From: Microgenomates group bacterium
GTDB taxonomy: Bacteria; Patescibacteriota; Microgenomatia; Daviesbacterales; UBA10151
Reading direction: 5' to 3'
Length of the DNA: 64,000 bases
Assembly: GCA_041659805.1 (NCBI GenBank)
Contig: JBAZXP010000001.1
Coordinates: 880,224-944,223, forward strand
The notes beneath the pieces are model-generated. The model worked only from the letters and a program-made list of their open reading frames with translations. It did not search any database and had not been told where the DNA came from. The translations under genes were made by a program, and so were the position numbers. This document shows positions 1-9,983 of the stretch, one piece after another (the stretch's first letter is position 1; every line of letters starts with the position of its first letter).

Positions 1-1103
1 GTAACCACCAAATTCTGAAGGTCGTGAGCATGAGCACTGCCTCCAATAGACACTTGTTCAGTGCCTTTTATATAAGTAACCACACCACCCATATAGGTTT
101 TAAAATCCAAATCATATAATGTAGTAGTCCAGCTTGGACTTCCTGAGGACCAATTATCCGACCATTTACTCAAACCCCTAGTATATCCCTGCAGTGAGTC
201 TGCTGACCAAACCCAGTAATTGGAAGCATTATATGAGGTATCAAGCACAATCCAGTAAGAAGTGTCTGCTGCAAGAAAAGGCGAAGAATTAAAAGCAACA
301 TCCACCCAGCTATATTGTGTGGTAACTAAATTTGAAGTTAGAGTACCGGTTGTTAAAACACTATTTTTGTCTGGTTTTCCATTATTATCACTTAATAATC
401 TTACTGTTATATCAGGCGGCGTTCCTACTTTTTTTAGCATGGCTGAAATTTTATTTATATTTCCGCTGACAGTCGGTTTAAAACTTTGAGCAACATCTAA
501 TATATTATTGCCTGCTACGTTTTTCCCAAAAACATAGTCGCTACAACCCGGGCTCACACAGAAGTTTTGCTGATCTGCGGCCGGAGCAGTTCCGCCAGCA
601 ACATAAGCATCTCCGGAGATAGAAGTATTATTGCTCATATTAATATTGCCATTCGAGTAAACGGATCCATAAACATTACTATTATTTTCCATTTCTAAAC
701 CTCCTTCTCCAACCTGCATTGCATAATTAAAAGCATATCCAACTCCCTTTGAAGCAGTGATTTTTACAGTTCTTTGAGACTTCGGATTCGATTTTGACGG
801 AACATAGCCTGTCGCTTCAATAATTTTTGATGATTGATTCGGACTGGTTACTTTAATCGAGATTGATCCTTCATCTAACTTAATTTCTGTGTCCCCAGAA
901 TATGAACCACCTAAATTCAGAGAGGCCAGTGCTTTTTCAACTCCTGCCTCAGCCAAATTAATTGCCTGAGTAGAAGTTACTGAATAATTAGTATTCTGGG
1001 AATAAATATTTGCTCCGCCAATAATTGCCAGAGAATTTACCAACACCAAACCGACTACAATAATTGCCAAAACTAATACTTGTCCAGATTGGTTGTGTTT
1101 CAT
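1..1103 (-). CDS. PilX-like minor pilin / pilus tip protein (3' end outside window; missing from ORF track)
   Basis: ATG at 1103 overlaps the upstream stop (ATGA). Reads MKHNQSGQVLVLAIIVVGLVL...QAINLAEAGVEKAL, a PilX-type N-terminus without Glu5 and with AEAG motif. Confidence 0.85.
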   Translation of the reverse strand, partial: MKHNQSGQVLVLAIIVVGLVLVNSLAIIGGANIYSQNTNYSVTSTQAINLAEAGVEKALASLNLGGSYSGDTEIKLDEGSISIKVTSPNQSSKIIEATGYVPSKSNPKSQRTVKITASKGVGYAFNYAMQVGEGGLEMENNSNVYGSVYSNGNINMSNNTSISGDAYVAGGTAPAADQQNFCVSPGCSDYVFGKNVAGNNILDVAQSFKPTVSGNINKISAMLKKVGTPPDITVRLLSDNNGKPDKNSVLTTGTLTSNLVTTQYSWVDVAFNSSPFLAADTSYWIVLDTSYNASNYWVWSADSLQGYTRGLSKWSDNWSSGSPSWTTTLYDLDFKTYMGGVVTYIKGTEQVSIGGSAHAHDLQNLVV

Positions 1104-1666
1104 ATATTTCTTAAATTAGTCACGATAACTGAGTTTCTTGATTTATCTGCTACCCCTCCGGTCGGCTGTACATTTACTTCAGTTTTTACCTTTACAGCAG
1201 ACGTGGGGGAGACGATATTGTCGTTTTGATCTAAATAGGTAAATGCAATTGATTGTAAAATACTGGAAAGAACCTTGGTTTGCGAAATTCTTTTACTAGC
1301 AGAATCAGGAAAAACATAGAGCATAAGGAGGTTTGTTTTCACCGCATCTTTAGTAATTACTACATAATCATATGTATTATTAATAATTCCGCTGACATCA
1401 AAAGAAGGAATTTTAAGAACCAGGGTAGTTCCATTTGTAGTATAAAGAGGAGTAATTAGTGGATAACTATTTACAACAGCTGACGCCTGTCTGATGTTAG
1501 TTTCAATTTCACTAACAGCATCGTTTATACTCAAGCCTGATGTAACCAATGACGTTTGCTTATTATATAGACCAGTGTTATTTACCAAAATACTTGCCAA
1601 AAGCGTTCCTACAATAATAAAAACAGCAGCCACAACCAATGTCTCCACAAATGTGAAGCCTCTCAT
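1100..1666 (-). CDS. PilW-like minor pilin
   Basis: Class III signal G|FTFVE plus hydrophobic helix; lies between PilV-like and PilX-like genes. Confidence 0.8.
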   Translation of the reverse strand: MRGFTFVETLVVAAVFIIVGTLLASILVNNTGLYNKQTSLVTSGLSINDAVSEIETNIRQASAVVNSYPLITPLYTTNGTTLVLKIPSFDVSGIINNTYDYVVITKDAVKTNLLMLYVFPDSASKRISQTKVLSSILQSIAFTYLDQNDNIVSPTSAVKVKTEVNVQPTGGVADKSRNSVIVTNLRNI

Positions 1667-2091
1667 TGTCCCAAACCTCTTTCTGTCATAAGAGTTGAAA
1701 GTTCAACTTTTTTTACAACTCCTGCTTCTTGCCAAAAAACCGTTACCTTTATTTTCTTTGCAACCTCGCCTGATGCACAAACTTCTATAGGACAATCTGA
1801 TACTTCATATTGAGCGGCAGGGGAGGGGAGCTTAAATAAACTCGCGTCAGTAAAAGTATTCATACCGTTTGATAAACCTGAGTAAGGTTGCTTCCTTAAA
1901 AGATCAATTTCTTTATTGGCAATCTCTTTTGCCAAAGAGGTATTTCCGCTATTCCTAATGCTTTGAATTGAAGCTGGAAGAGATGCAATAAGAACGGCAA
2001 GTACTCCCACTGCAACAACGACTAGTATAAGTTCTATTAATGAGATTCCTCTCTGATTTTTAATTTTAAGCACCGGGTTTATATTGTTCAC
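1663..2091 (-). CDS. PilV-like minor pilin
   Basis: QRG|ISLIE prepilin motif; C-terminal KKIKVTVFW strand typical of PilV/GspI. Confidence 0.8.
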   Translation of the reverse strand: MNNINPVLKIKNQRGISLIELILVVVAVGVLAVLIASLPASIQSIRNSGNTSLAKEIANKEIDLLRKQPYSGLSNGMNTFTDASLFKLPSPAAQYEVSDCPIEVCASGEVAKKIKVTVFWQEAGVVKKVELSTLMTERGLGQ

Positions 2092-3029
2092 TCTTTTTTT
2101 AAGTTGCTTGCGGAAAATAATACATAGTCAAAAAGCTGAGGCATCACCCCGCGGTAATTTGTCACCTCAAGAGATCTCTTTACATCACCTGAAGTACCTG
2201 AGGCTCTGTAAATATTAGCCTGAGTCGGAAGGGAACCTATTCCGGGTTTTAAAGCAACAGGATGTTCAGTATCAGTGTAAAGTAACCTGACCCTTACCAT
2301 GATCAATATATTATTACCTGAGTGGGGCAAGATGCTGGGAACATCAGAGGTTGAAGGAACACGGACCTGGCAGTAATAATTAGCTGTTGCACCATCATCA
2401 ATAAGTGTAGAAGTGTCGCGCACGTCGCAAGAAGAAATACTCGATTGAGTAGTATTATTTATACGCGGAGCATTAATAAGACTTCCGTCCCTGTACGAAT
2501 CATAGTATTTCTTTAGAGTCTTATATTTTTTGTCAGTATCATCCCAATACACGATATCCAATTCAACCGCGGGCTGATTGGCCAATCTGCCTCCTTTAGT
2601 CTCATCGTACTTATCGTGATTAGGATCTCCGAAGTAAAGATAAAAGTAATCTTCATTATACGAACGCGCCATTGTCTCGGGATTAGCTAACCAAAACTGG
2701 GCAAAGGTGCGTTTGGTATAAGGAGCAAAACTGAGAGCATTACTCCCAACAGGGGTTGCACCAGCTGAAGCAGAGGCAGCAGCAGCATTGCTTAAATTAA
2801 AAGGATTTACCTGAGTAGTAGTAGTTCCTCCAATATTATTCTCGTTTTGTTTTATCGCTTTTTCTATAGCAGCTTCTGCAGCAGAAAAAGCCCGGGAAGA
2901 GTCTTCGCTTTTCCTTGAGGTTGATACTTCGAGGATGCTTCGTCCTATGGTTGATAAACCAATAGCAAGTGCTACTACCATAATCAACAGAAGCAATATC
3001 ACAACCTGTCCTGAACTATTATTTTTCAT
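2088..3029 (-). CDS. PilX-like minor pilin
   Basis: SG|QVVILLL without Glu5; RAFSAAEAAIE motif. Confidence 0.8.
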   Translation of the reverse strand: MKNNSSGQVVILLLLIMVVALAIGLSTIGRSILEVSTSRKSEDSSRAFSAAEAAIEKAIKQNENNIGGTTTTQVNPFNLSNAAAASASAGATPVGSNALSFAPYTKRTFAQFWLANPETMARSYNEDYFYLYFGDPNHDKYDETKGGRLANQPAVELDIVYWDDTDKKYKTLKKYYDSYRDGSLINAPRINNTTQSSISSCDVRDTSTLIDDGATANYYCQVRVPSTSDVPSILPHSGNNILIMVRVRLLYTDTEHPVALKPGIGSLPTQANIYRASGTSGDVKRSLEVTNYRGVMPQLFDYVLFSASNLKKE

Positions 3030-3691
3030 CTTATGCCCCCTCTTACTTGTACGGAAGTTGCAAAAGGTATCCCGTTATCCGCAACAGTCACGTCATAAGC
3101 ATAACCTGCCAAAACTCCGGCTGACGCATTAAATTTGATTAATACATTATCTCCTCGTCTGTCAAAAATATCTTGCCCAGGTGGGGTATAATCAATAGAA
3201 ACACCGTTTACAGGATCAGCATCTGTTAAAGACTGAATAAAATTACTTCCTGTATTTAAATTGGTTTCATCATGTTCTGTACAAAGCTGATCATCAGTTA
3301 CATCACCGGCAAGATCATTTCTAATAAAATTAATTTTTTGGATTTTACCGTTCAACATAGCAGAAGGAGAGGAAAACTTATACTGAGTATACGTTCCTCC
3401 CTTAGTTATGACAAGCGTATCTTTGGGAGACACTCCTGGATTATGAAATTTATCAACACAAACTATACCGTCAGCATCCCTAATCTCATTTGATAATTTA
3501 TCCAGTACAACCTGTCCGTTCTGCTTCACCTGATTGATTGCCTTAACCTTATTCCTCCCCCTTAAAGCATCAATCAATATATTAGTAAAAATTACGCCCA
3601 AAACAACCATAATAGACACTACAACAAGTAACTCTATAATGGTAAAACCGTTATTTTTATTATTTATATTTTTATCTTTATATACAATCAT
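3026..3691 (-). CDS. PilW-like minor pilin
   Basis: G|FTIIELLVV motif, LxxEIRxA motif; start moved to the ATG at 3691. Confidence 0.8.
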   Translation of the reverse strand: MIVYKDKNINNKNNGFTIIELLVVVSIMVVLGVIFTNILIDALRGRNKVKAINQVKQNGQVVLDKLSNEIRDADGIVCVDKFHNPGVSPKDTLVITKGGTYTQYKFSSPSAMLNGKIQKINFIRNDLAGDVTDDQLCTEHDETNLNTGSNFIQSLTDADPVNGVSIDYTPPGQDIFDRRGDNVLIKFNASAGVLAGYAYDVTVADNGIPFATSVQVRGGIR

Positions 3692-4226
3692 AATTTGGTT
3701 TTGTAATAACTGTTTCCAAATCAGAACTATGTGCACCAGACGTATCGCTCCAACTTACACCTACAGTTACGTTAACATAGTCTGTCGCAACGGCACGATT
3801 TGGCTGACTCACTTGGATTTGCCTTGTAAATATACTATCCGGTATTTTGACGCTTTTTGCAAAGGGGGGACTATCTGTATTACCCAGAAAGGCAAGGGTT
3901 CCACTTTCGGTTAAATCATAGTAGCATACTTTACCTGGTAGGCCGCAAAAAAAGTCTGTACCACTTGTATTATTCCATAGCTCCATAAAACACTTAGATA
4001 CTGTCGGGCTAGTTAAAGTATTGTAAGCATTGTTATCCCGGAGAATCCTAATTCTATCTATCGTATCTTGAGCTAATTTTGTTGCCTGAGTCTGATTTTG
4101 TGCAAACTGGGCATTTTTAAGGCTCGATAAAATAATCATTACTAAAGCAATAATCATTATGGCAGATACAACTCCTACTACCAGTACTTCAATTAAACTC
4201 TGACCTTTTTCATTGATTCTTAACAT
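3678..4226 (-). CDS. PilV-like minor pilin
   Basis: KG|QSLIEVLV; C-terminal VNVTVGVSW; ATG 4226 preceded by AGGAGGAGGT. Confidence 0.8.
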   Translation of the reverse strand: MLRINEKGQSLIEVLVVGVVSAIMIIALVMIILSSLKNAQFAQNQTQATKLAQDTIDRIRILRDNNAYNTLTSPTVSKCFMELWNNTSGTDFFCGLPGKVCYYDLTESGTLAFLGNTDSPPFAKSVKIPDSIFTRQIQVSQPNRAVATDYVNVTVGVSWSDTSGAHSSDLETVITKPNYDCI

Positions 4227-4782
4227 AAATACCTCCTCCTTTTTCAACTACCACCTTCCTTGTATTCCCGGATGAAGATAAGGTAATCTCCAAATTAGAA
4301 TTAGTTTCATCCACGCATCTCGGTGAATTTGGATCATTAAAGGATATGTTTGAGGTAATATTGTTAAACTTTACTTGAAGCGGTAAGGTGCCCGCTACAT
4401 TACATGGAGTAGTGCTACCGCTGATTACCACAGGAACAATTGCTACATTAGATACAATGACTCCTGCACTAAGATCGGTTTCCACTGCCGGTTGAGAACC
4501 CCCTTCGCAAACAGGGGATAGCGAATAGAATGTATTGAGACTAGGATCACTACTTATATCTATGCGCCAATAAAGTGCTCTGCTGTCATCTTTACAAACA
4601 GTGCCGGTTTGGGCGTTATTTTGGGCGTGACGCAACACAGCCTGCAACTGATTAACAGCCTCAGCTAATTTTTGATTATTGCTGTAATCATTATAGGAAG
4701 GCACTGCTACAACTACGATAATGGCTATAATTGCAATTACCACCATTAATTCTATCAGAGTAAAACCCCTATATCCCCGCAT
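4210..4782 (-). CDS. FimT/FimU (GspH-like) minor pilin
   Basis: RG|FTLIELMVVIAI...LRHAQNNA pattern. Confidence 0.82.
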   Translation of the reverse strand: MRGYRGFTLIELMVVIAIIAIIVVVAVPSYNDYSNNQKLAEAVNQLQAVLRHAQNNAQTGTVCKDDSRALYWRIDISSDPSLNTFYSLSPVCEGGSQPAVETDLSAGVIVSNVAIVPVVISGSTTPCNVAGTLPLQVKFNNITSNISFNDPNSPRCVDETNSNLEITLSSSGNTRKVVVEKGGGIYVKNQ

Positions 4783-4820
4783 ACATTAAACGTACCAATT
4801 TTTAGCGCAATTAGCAATTA

Positions 4821-5300
4821 TTACTGCGAAGAAAGTCCGATATTACAATTTTCTCCACATGTTCCGGCCGGTAAATCACCACAAGCTACAAGATCATTGG
4901 AAGTATCTGAGCTTTCTCTGCTGGCACAAAGATTAAAATTAGTACAAGCTGTTTCTTTGGAAAGATTGTCGCAAGCACCAGACGGACCATAAGCAGAATA
5001 ATAATAATTTCTATTTGAATCCATGTCTTTGGGAACCGATGCAAGATAAACAGTATTCCCATTTGTTAACGTAATACCGTTTGTGGTTAAGATAAAAATA
5101 TCTGCCAGAGGATAACTATGCACATCCCCCCGATAAAGCTCCAGCGCCTGTTTTATAGTCTGTAAATCCCTTAATCTTTGGGAATCTCTGCTTCTAGATA
5201 GAACTCCTCCAAAAAAAACCATGGCAACAGCAGAGAGGATACCAATAATTGCCACTGTGATTATTAATTCGACTAGAGTGAAACCATCTTTCTTAACCAT
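4821..5300 (-). CDS. Type IV pilin / GspG-like protein
   Basis: G|FTLVEL; RDSQRLRDLQTIKQALELY...YP; Cys-rich C-terminus. Confidence 0.88.
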   Translation of the reverse strand: MVKKDGFTLVELIITVAIIGILSAVAMVFFGGVLSRSRDSQRLRDLQTIKQALELYRGDVHSYPLADIFILTTNGITLTNGNTVYLASVPKDMDSNRNYYYSAYGPSGACDNLSKETACTNFNLCASRESSDTSNDLVACGDLPAGTCGENCNIGLSSQ

Positions 5301-5303
5301 ATT

Positions 5304-5765
5304 TCATGGTGCACTAACCTGATACTGAGCTGATGCAGAGGCACAAGGAGGATCAGAAGCCAAAACAGCATTCGATTCGTTTTCCACATTCGCAAAAAGA
5401 CAATAATTTGTGCAGTAGGTATTAGGATCATTGTCATTGTCAGTACAAGAACCGGGGTACTTTGCGTAGAAGTAAGTTCCCGGCGGTATCTCTTGGGGAA
5501 CTTTTGACATATATACCTTAGCTCCTCCGGGATCTACCAAAGTTGTACCTAAGGTTAGAGGGTAATATCCCTGATCTGCATGATATTGTTCCAAAGCTGA
5601 TTGGATTGTTGATATGTCTGATTTTCGTCTGGCATCCCGACCATTTTTTTGGATATTTCCATAGGAAATTAAAGCAATTGTCATTAGAACCGACAATATA
5701 GAAATGGTAACCAAAAGCTCAATAAGGGTAAAACCCTCACAAAATCTTTTACATTTTCCCCTCAT
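5304..5765 (-). CDS. Type IV pilin / GspG-like protein
   Basis: G|FTLIEL; RDARRKSDISTIQSALEQY...YP. Confidence 0.88.
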   Translation of the reverse strand: MRGKCKRFCEGFTLIELLVTISILSVLMTIALISYGNIQKNGRDARRKSDISTIQSALEQYHADQGYYPLTLGTTLVDPGGAKVYMSKVPQEIPPGTYFYAKYPGSCTDNDNDPNTYCTNYCLFANVENESNAVLASDPPCASASAQYQVSAP

Positions 5766-5856
5766 ATTATTATATTAGCACATATATTTTGTTTATTTAC
5801 AGCATTATCTATTTACACAGTCAACATGATCGTGTATACATTAAGTCTATAAAAAT

Positions 5857-8010
5857 ATGACATATAGTAATATACTTTCATTTTTAAATAAAAAGATTGT
5901 ACATATTATTGTGCTGCTTCTGATAGTTGCTGCTGCTTATGTAAATATCTTTCAAAATGATTTTGCCTTTGATGATCCAACATTTATTACCGGATGGAAA
6001 GACATACAAACCACAACAGAGATTCCTTATTTATTAAAAGGAAGTCTTCCTTTGGGACATACGGGATTATATAGACCCTTAAGGAGCATGTTCTATGTCC
6101 TAAGTTACCATTTGTGGGGCGAAAATACCTTCGGCTATCACTTACAATCGTTATTTATAATAATAAGCCTGACATTGCTCACATATCTTATTGTTTCAAA
6201 TCTGACAAAAAAACATTTTACGGCAATGGTTGCAGCCATGCTATTTGGTTTACATCCGATTCACACCGAATCAATTACATTTATGACTGCCAGTTTTGAT
6301 GCAATAGGAACAGTTTTCTTTTTCCTTTCCTTTTACCTATATATTAAATACAGAAACAATAGCGAAAGGGTTCTTTTTTTACTATCTATTCTTACCGCGA
6401 CTATTGCATTTTTTACATATGAAGTTACGCTTACATTACCGCTACTATTATTTTTATATGATTCATTGTTTTTAAAAAAGAGTTTTCAGTTCAAATCAAA
6501 AATAATGTTAAGTCAGATATCTCCATATATTCCATACTTAACGATTCTTGCTTTCTATCTTTATACCAGGATGTTTTATTTGCAAATCGTAGAAAGGGGA
6601 GCTTACCTTTTAGGAAGCCCGTTTATTACTTTCTTAGTCCAGGTTCAAGCCATTACCTTATACATCAGGTTACTATTTTTACCAGTAAACTTAACAGTAA
6701 ATCACTTGATAGCACCCGGTATTGTTGCGTTCACCTGGGCTGAAATATCTGAAAAAGCACTCAGGGCTCAATCTCTTTTTTCCATAGAAGTTCTAACCTC
6801 AATTATTTTAATAATAAGTATATTTACAATCGCCATAGTATGTTTCAGAACAAGATCGTGGGTGACATTTTGTATTTTCTGGTTTTTTATTTCCTTGGCA
6901 CCTGTATTAAATATTATTCCACAAGGTGCTGTCATGACTGAAAGATATTTGCTAATTCCATCTTTTGGTTTTTGCACATTGATTGCTGTCATTATCGGAA
7001 ACGTTTATAAATTAAAAGCTAAGAATTTAAACTATAAATATCTGATAATCACTTTTCTGATCATCACATCCGGTTTCTTTTTTATACAAACTGTTTACAG
7101 AAATTCTGAGTGGAGAAGCAGCATAACGCTTTGGGAAAGTGCAAATAGGTTAAACTCAAATAGCTATATTAACGTCACAAATCTGGCAGTAGGCTATGCA
7201 ATCGCCAACAATCCTCAAAAAGCTTTAAATCTATTTCAAAAGGCGGAGAATATTGCATCTAATAACTACCACACTCATCAAAATCTTGGGGTACAGTACT
7301 TTAAAATGAAGAAATACGACCTAGCAATCGAAGAATATTATAAGACAATTCAATTGGAGCCAAAATTGTCATATTTATACACTGCATTAAGCGTCGCTTA
7401 TCTGGAAAAAGAAGATTATGATAGGGCAATCACTTCTTCTAAAAAAGCGATTGAGGTTAGTGAAGGCTTGGATCCGATGGCTTATTTCCATTTAGGGGAA
7501 GCTTACAGCAAACAAAATAGAACTGATCTGGCAATTGATAATTATAAAAAAGCTCTTCATGTTGATCCCAAAAACCCAACAACTCATTTCAGACTCGGCT
7601 ACACCTACTATGAGCAGGGGAAATATAAAGAGGCTATTTCTGAATACGAAGAAGCATTAATCTTTAATCCTAAATCGTCTGAAATTTATTACAATATGGG
7701 GAAATCCCTGGAGAGTCTTAACCGGCCGGATTTAGCATTACAACAATATAAAAAAGCTATTGAGCTTGATCCTAAATCAGCAGCTGCTCACAATAATGCC
7801 GGAATTATTTATACCGGCTATAATAGATCGGATGAAGCTGAAAAAGAATTTAACACAGCAATTTCTCTTGATCCAAATTTAGCTGAAGCATATTTTAATC
7901 TCGCATACATATATAAAACACAAAACAAAATAGACCTAGCAACAATACAATTACAGAAGGGTTTACTTTTGGATCCTACAAACGAAAAAGCTAAAAAATT
8001 GTTAAACTAA
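5857..8010 (+). CDS. TMTC-like polytopic GT-C glycosyltransferase with C-terminal TPR repeats
   Basis: About 11 hydrophobic segments; FAFDD, YRPL, HPIHTES and ERYL motifs; then many TPRs (AYFHLG, THFRLG, IYYNMG, AHNNAG, AYFNLA). Confidence 0.8.
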   Translation: MTYSNILSFLNKKIVHIIVLLLIVAAAYVNIFQNDFAFDDPTFITGWKDIQTTTEIPYLLKGSLPLGHTGLYRPLRSMFYVLSYHLWGENTFGYHLQSLFIIISLTLLTYLIVSNLTKKHFTAMVAAMLFGLHPIHTESITFMTASFDAIGTVFFFLSFYLYIKYRNNSERVLFLLSILTATIAFFTYEVTLTLPLLLFLYDSLFLKKSFQFKSKIMLSQISPYIPYLTILAFYLYTRMFYLQIVERGAYLLGSPFITFLVQVQAITLYIRLLFLPVNLTVNHLIAPGIVAFTWAEISEKALRAQSLFSIEVLTSIILIISIFTIAIVCFRTRSWVTFCIFWFFISLAPVLNIIPQGAVMTERYLLIPSFGFCTLIAVIIGNVYKLKAKNLNYKYLIITFLIITSGFFFIQTVYRNSEWRSSITLWESANRLNSNSYINVTNLAVGYAIANNPQKALNLFQKAENIASNNYHTHQNLGVQYFKMKKYDLAIEEYYKTIQLEPKLSYLYTALSVAYLEKEDYDRAITSSKKAIEVSEGLDPMAYFHLGEAYSKQNRTDLAIDNYKKALHVDPKNPTTHFRLGYTYYEQGKYKEAISEYEEALIFNPKSSEIYYNMGKSLESLNRPDLALQQYKKAIELDPKSAAAHNNAGIIYTGYNRSDEAEKEFNTAISLDPNLAEAYFNLAYIYKTQNKIDLATIQLQKGLLLDPTNEKAKKLLN

Positions 8011-8022
8011 AATAGATAAAAG

Positions 8023-8439
8023 TTAGCGTTGTTGACTCTTCTGGCAGTAGCTTCCACCTGCTTCTAAGACAGCGCAGATGTTGTATCCTGTTGTATTAGA
8101 GGTAGCTGATGGAATATCCCAATATGGAGCTGCTCCTGCTAAACCTGTAGGAATAGATCCTGAAGCAAACATTGAACCTGCTGCAGGTGTATAAAGGTTT
8201 GTGCTGGTGTTGTAATTTGCCTCCATAGCGTTAGCAATTGCCTGAATTTCTGATCTTCTGGAAGCATCTCTGGCATTTCTTTGTAAACCTGAGAATACAG
8301 CAGTCCCGATAACAGCTAAAATGGCGATAATTGCAATAACAACCAGAAGTTCAACTAAAGTAAAACCTTGAGGATTTTCAGATGTCTTGGGCAGTAGTTT
8401 TTTCATTTGTTTTATCTTTATCTTTCTAATTATTGACAT
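8023..8439 (-). CDS. Type IV pilin
   Basis: QG|FTLVELLVVIAIIAIL; ARDASRRSEI; alternative start 8406. Confidence 0.88.
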   Translation of the reverse strand: MSIIRKIKIKQMKKLLPKTSENPQGFTLVELLVVIAIIAILAVIGTAVFSGLQRNARDASRRSEIQAIANAMEANYNTSTNLYTPAAGSMFASGSIPTGLAGAAPYWDIPSATSNTTGYNICAVLEAGGSYCQKSQQR

Positions 8440-8454
8440 ACAGAATAAACTCTG

Positions 8455-9369
8455 TCAATAGACCAATTTGAAGCTGGAAATGTACCAATTTAAAATTTGA
8501 GTACCCCAAATTAGAGCAATATATGCACCGACGCTTAAAAAAGGTCCAAAAGGAATTGTTTGTCCAAAATGCTTTTTCCTAAAAAGTAATAGTGCTATAG
8601 AAAATAGAGCACCAATTAAAAACGCCAGAAAAAGACCAATTATTGCATTTGGAAAACCCAATGCAATCCCTAAAAATAAAACAAATTTCACATCGCCCCA
8701 ACCCATCCCTTTTCCTTTTGTAATTATTATCAAAAAAACAAAAAAGAGAGACGCAATAATTCCAGCTGAAACTGCATATAGAGCAGGTTGCCAAATTCTA
8801 TATATTAAAGTCCAGATATAGTTAGAATATGGAGGCAGAAAATATTTTCCAATAAGATCAACTTTCAAACTTGTATACAAAAAATAAGAGTTCAAACCTG
8901 AAACAACAAGCCAATAAGTAATCGCAGCGTAAACAGAAGGGTAAGTTATTTTGTCTGGAAGTAAACCTGTTTTTAGGTCTGTCAAAAAAAGAATAAACAA
9001 AATCGTTACTATAAATATTTTAAATAAGAAATTAATAAAAAAGGGCAATGATTGAATGGTGGGATTTATAAGTAAGGTTTGGTCAAATGTTTGAGTCAAA
9101 AAAATACCGGCGACTAAAATTCCCACTATTATTTCTGCGGTAAAATTCGCAAAGGGAATATGTTTATGACAATATCTGCATTTTCCGAATAACATAAGGT
9201 ATGAGAGAATAGGAAAAAGGTCGTACCAGGCAAGAGTATGTTTACAACTCGCGCAATACGACCTTCCCCTCAAAGTGTTTTGCGTTTTTAACCTATCAGC
9301 CATAGCTTTCGCAAAACTTCCTAAAACCGTACCTATAAAAAACCCTAAAACAATAAATCCGATAGACAT
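8455..9369 (-). CDS. pilD: Prepilin peptidase (A24)
   Basis: GSF, RSYCxxC...CRYC zinc motif, TDL, MGWGDVK, IPFGPFL. Confidence 0.95.
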   Translation of the reverse strand: MSIGFIVLGFFIGTVLGSFAKAMADRLKTQNTLRGRSYCASCKHTLAWYDLFPILSYLMLFGKCRYCHKHIPFANFTAEIIVGILVAGIFLTQTFDQTLLINPTIQSLPFFINFLFKIFIVTILFILFLTDLKTGLLPDKITYPSVYAAITYWLVVSGLNSYFLYTSLKVDLIGKYFLPPYSNYIWTLIYRIWQPALYAVSAGIIASLFFVFLIIITKGKGMGWGDVKFVLFLGIALGFPNAIIGLFLAFLIGALFSIALLLFRKKHFGQTIPFGPFLSVGAYIALIWGTQILNWYISSFKLVY

Positions 9370-9375
9370 GATAAT

Positions 9376-9909
9376 TTAATAGGTACAGGTTGCGATAACA
9401 GCAGTAGTCATGTCTGATCCTACTTCATACATAGTATCGCTTAAGCCTCCATCAGCCAACATCTTTGGTTTCTGTTGATCAGATTCCAAGACTGTTTCAA
9501 TTCTCCAAGTTTCTCCATTTCCACAATATGTGTAATGATATGCAGTGCTGTTAATTGGATCTATAGGCAGTGTTGGAACAGAAACACTTTTCTGGTTCGC
9601 GAAATTTATTTTAACCCAACCATTTCCGTCTATACCACGATATCCTGTAACGTTATTTGTACTTTTATCAGTACAATCACCTGCAACTGTGTTACAAGCA
9701 ATATATTGGCTGGATTGTGTTGATTCCTGTACAGCAACATTAATAGCTGTTTGCAGGTTAGCAAGATCAGTTAACCTGGCAGCATCACGACTTCTTTTCA
9801 TAAGTTCTAATGGATTAATAATCAACACCACAACAGCGGCTAAAATAGCAATAATTGCGATAACTACTAAAAGTTCTACTAACGTAAAACCACGGGCAGT
9901 TTTTTTCAA
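9376..9909 (-). CDS. Type IV pilin, probable major pilin
   Basis: RG|FTLVELLVVIAIIAIL; LPIDP motif; TTG start preceded by a strong SD AAGGAGGTGA; directly downstream of pilC. Confidence 0.88.
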   Translation of the reverse strand: MKKTARGFTLVELLVVIAIIAILAAVVVLIINPLELMKRSRDAARLTDLANLQTAINVAVQESTQSSQYIACNTVAGDCTDKSTNNVTGYRGIDGNGWVKINFANQKSVSVPTLPIDPINSTAYHYTYCGNGETWRIETVLESDQQKPKMLADGGLSDTMYEVGSDMTTAVIATCTY

Positions 9910-9983
9910 ATTCTTTCACCTCCTTTCATCTCTTATTTAAGATTGTCATAGTTTTAAATTTTCGTCAAGAGTTCCAAAGCTCG

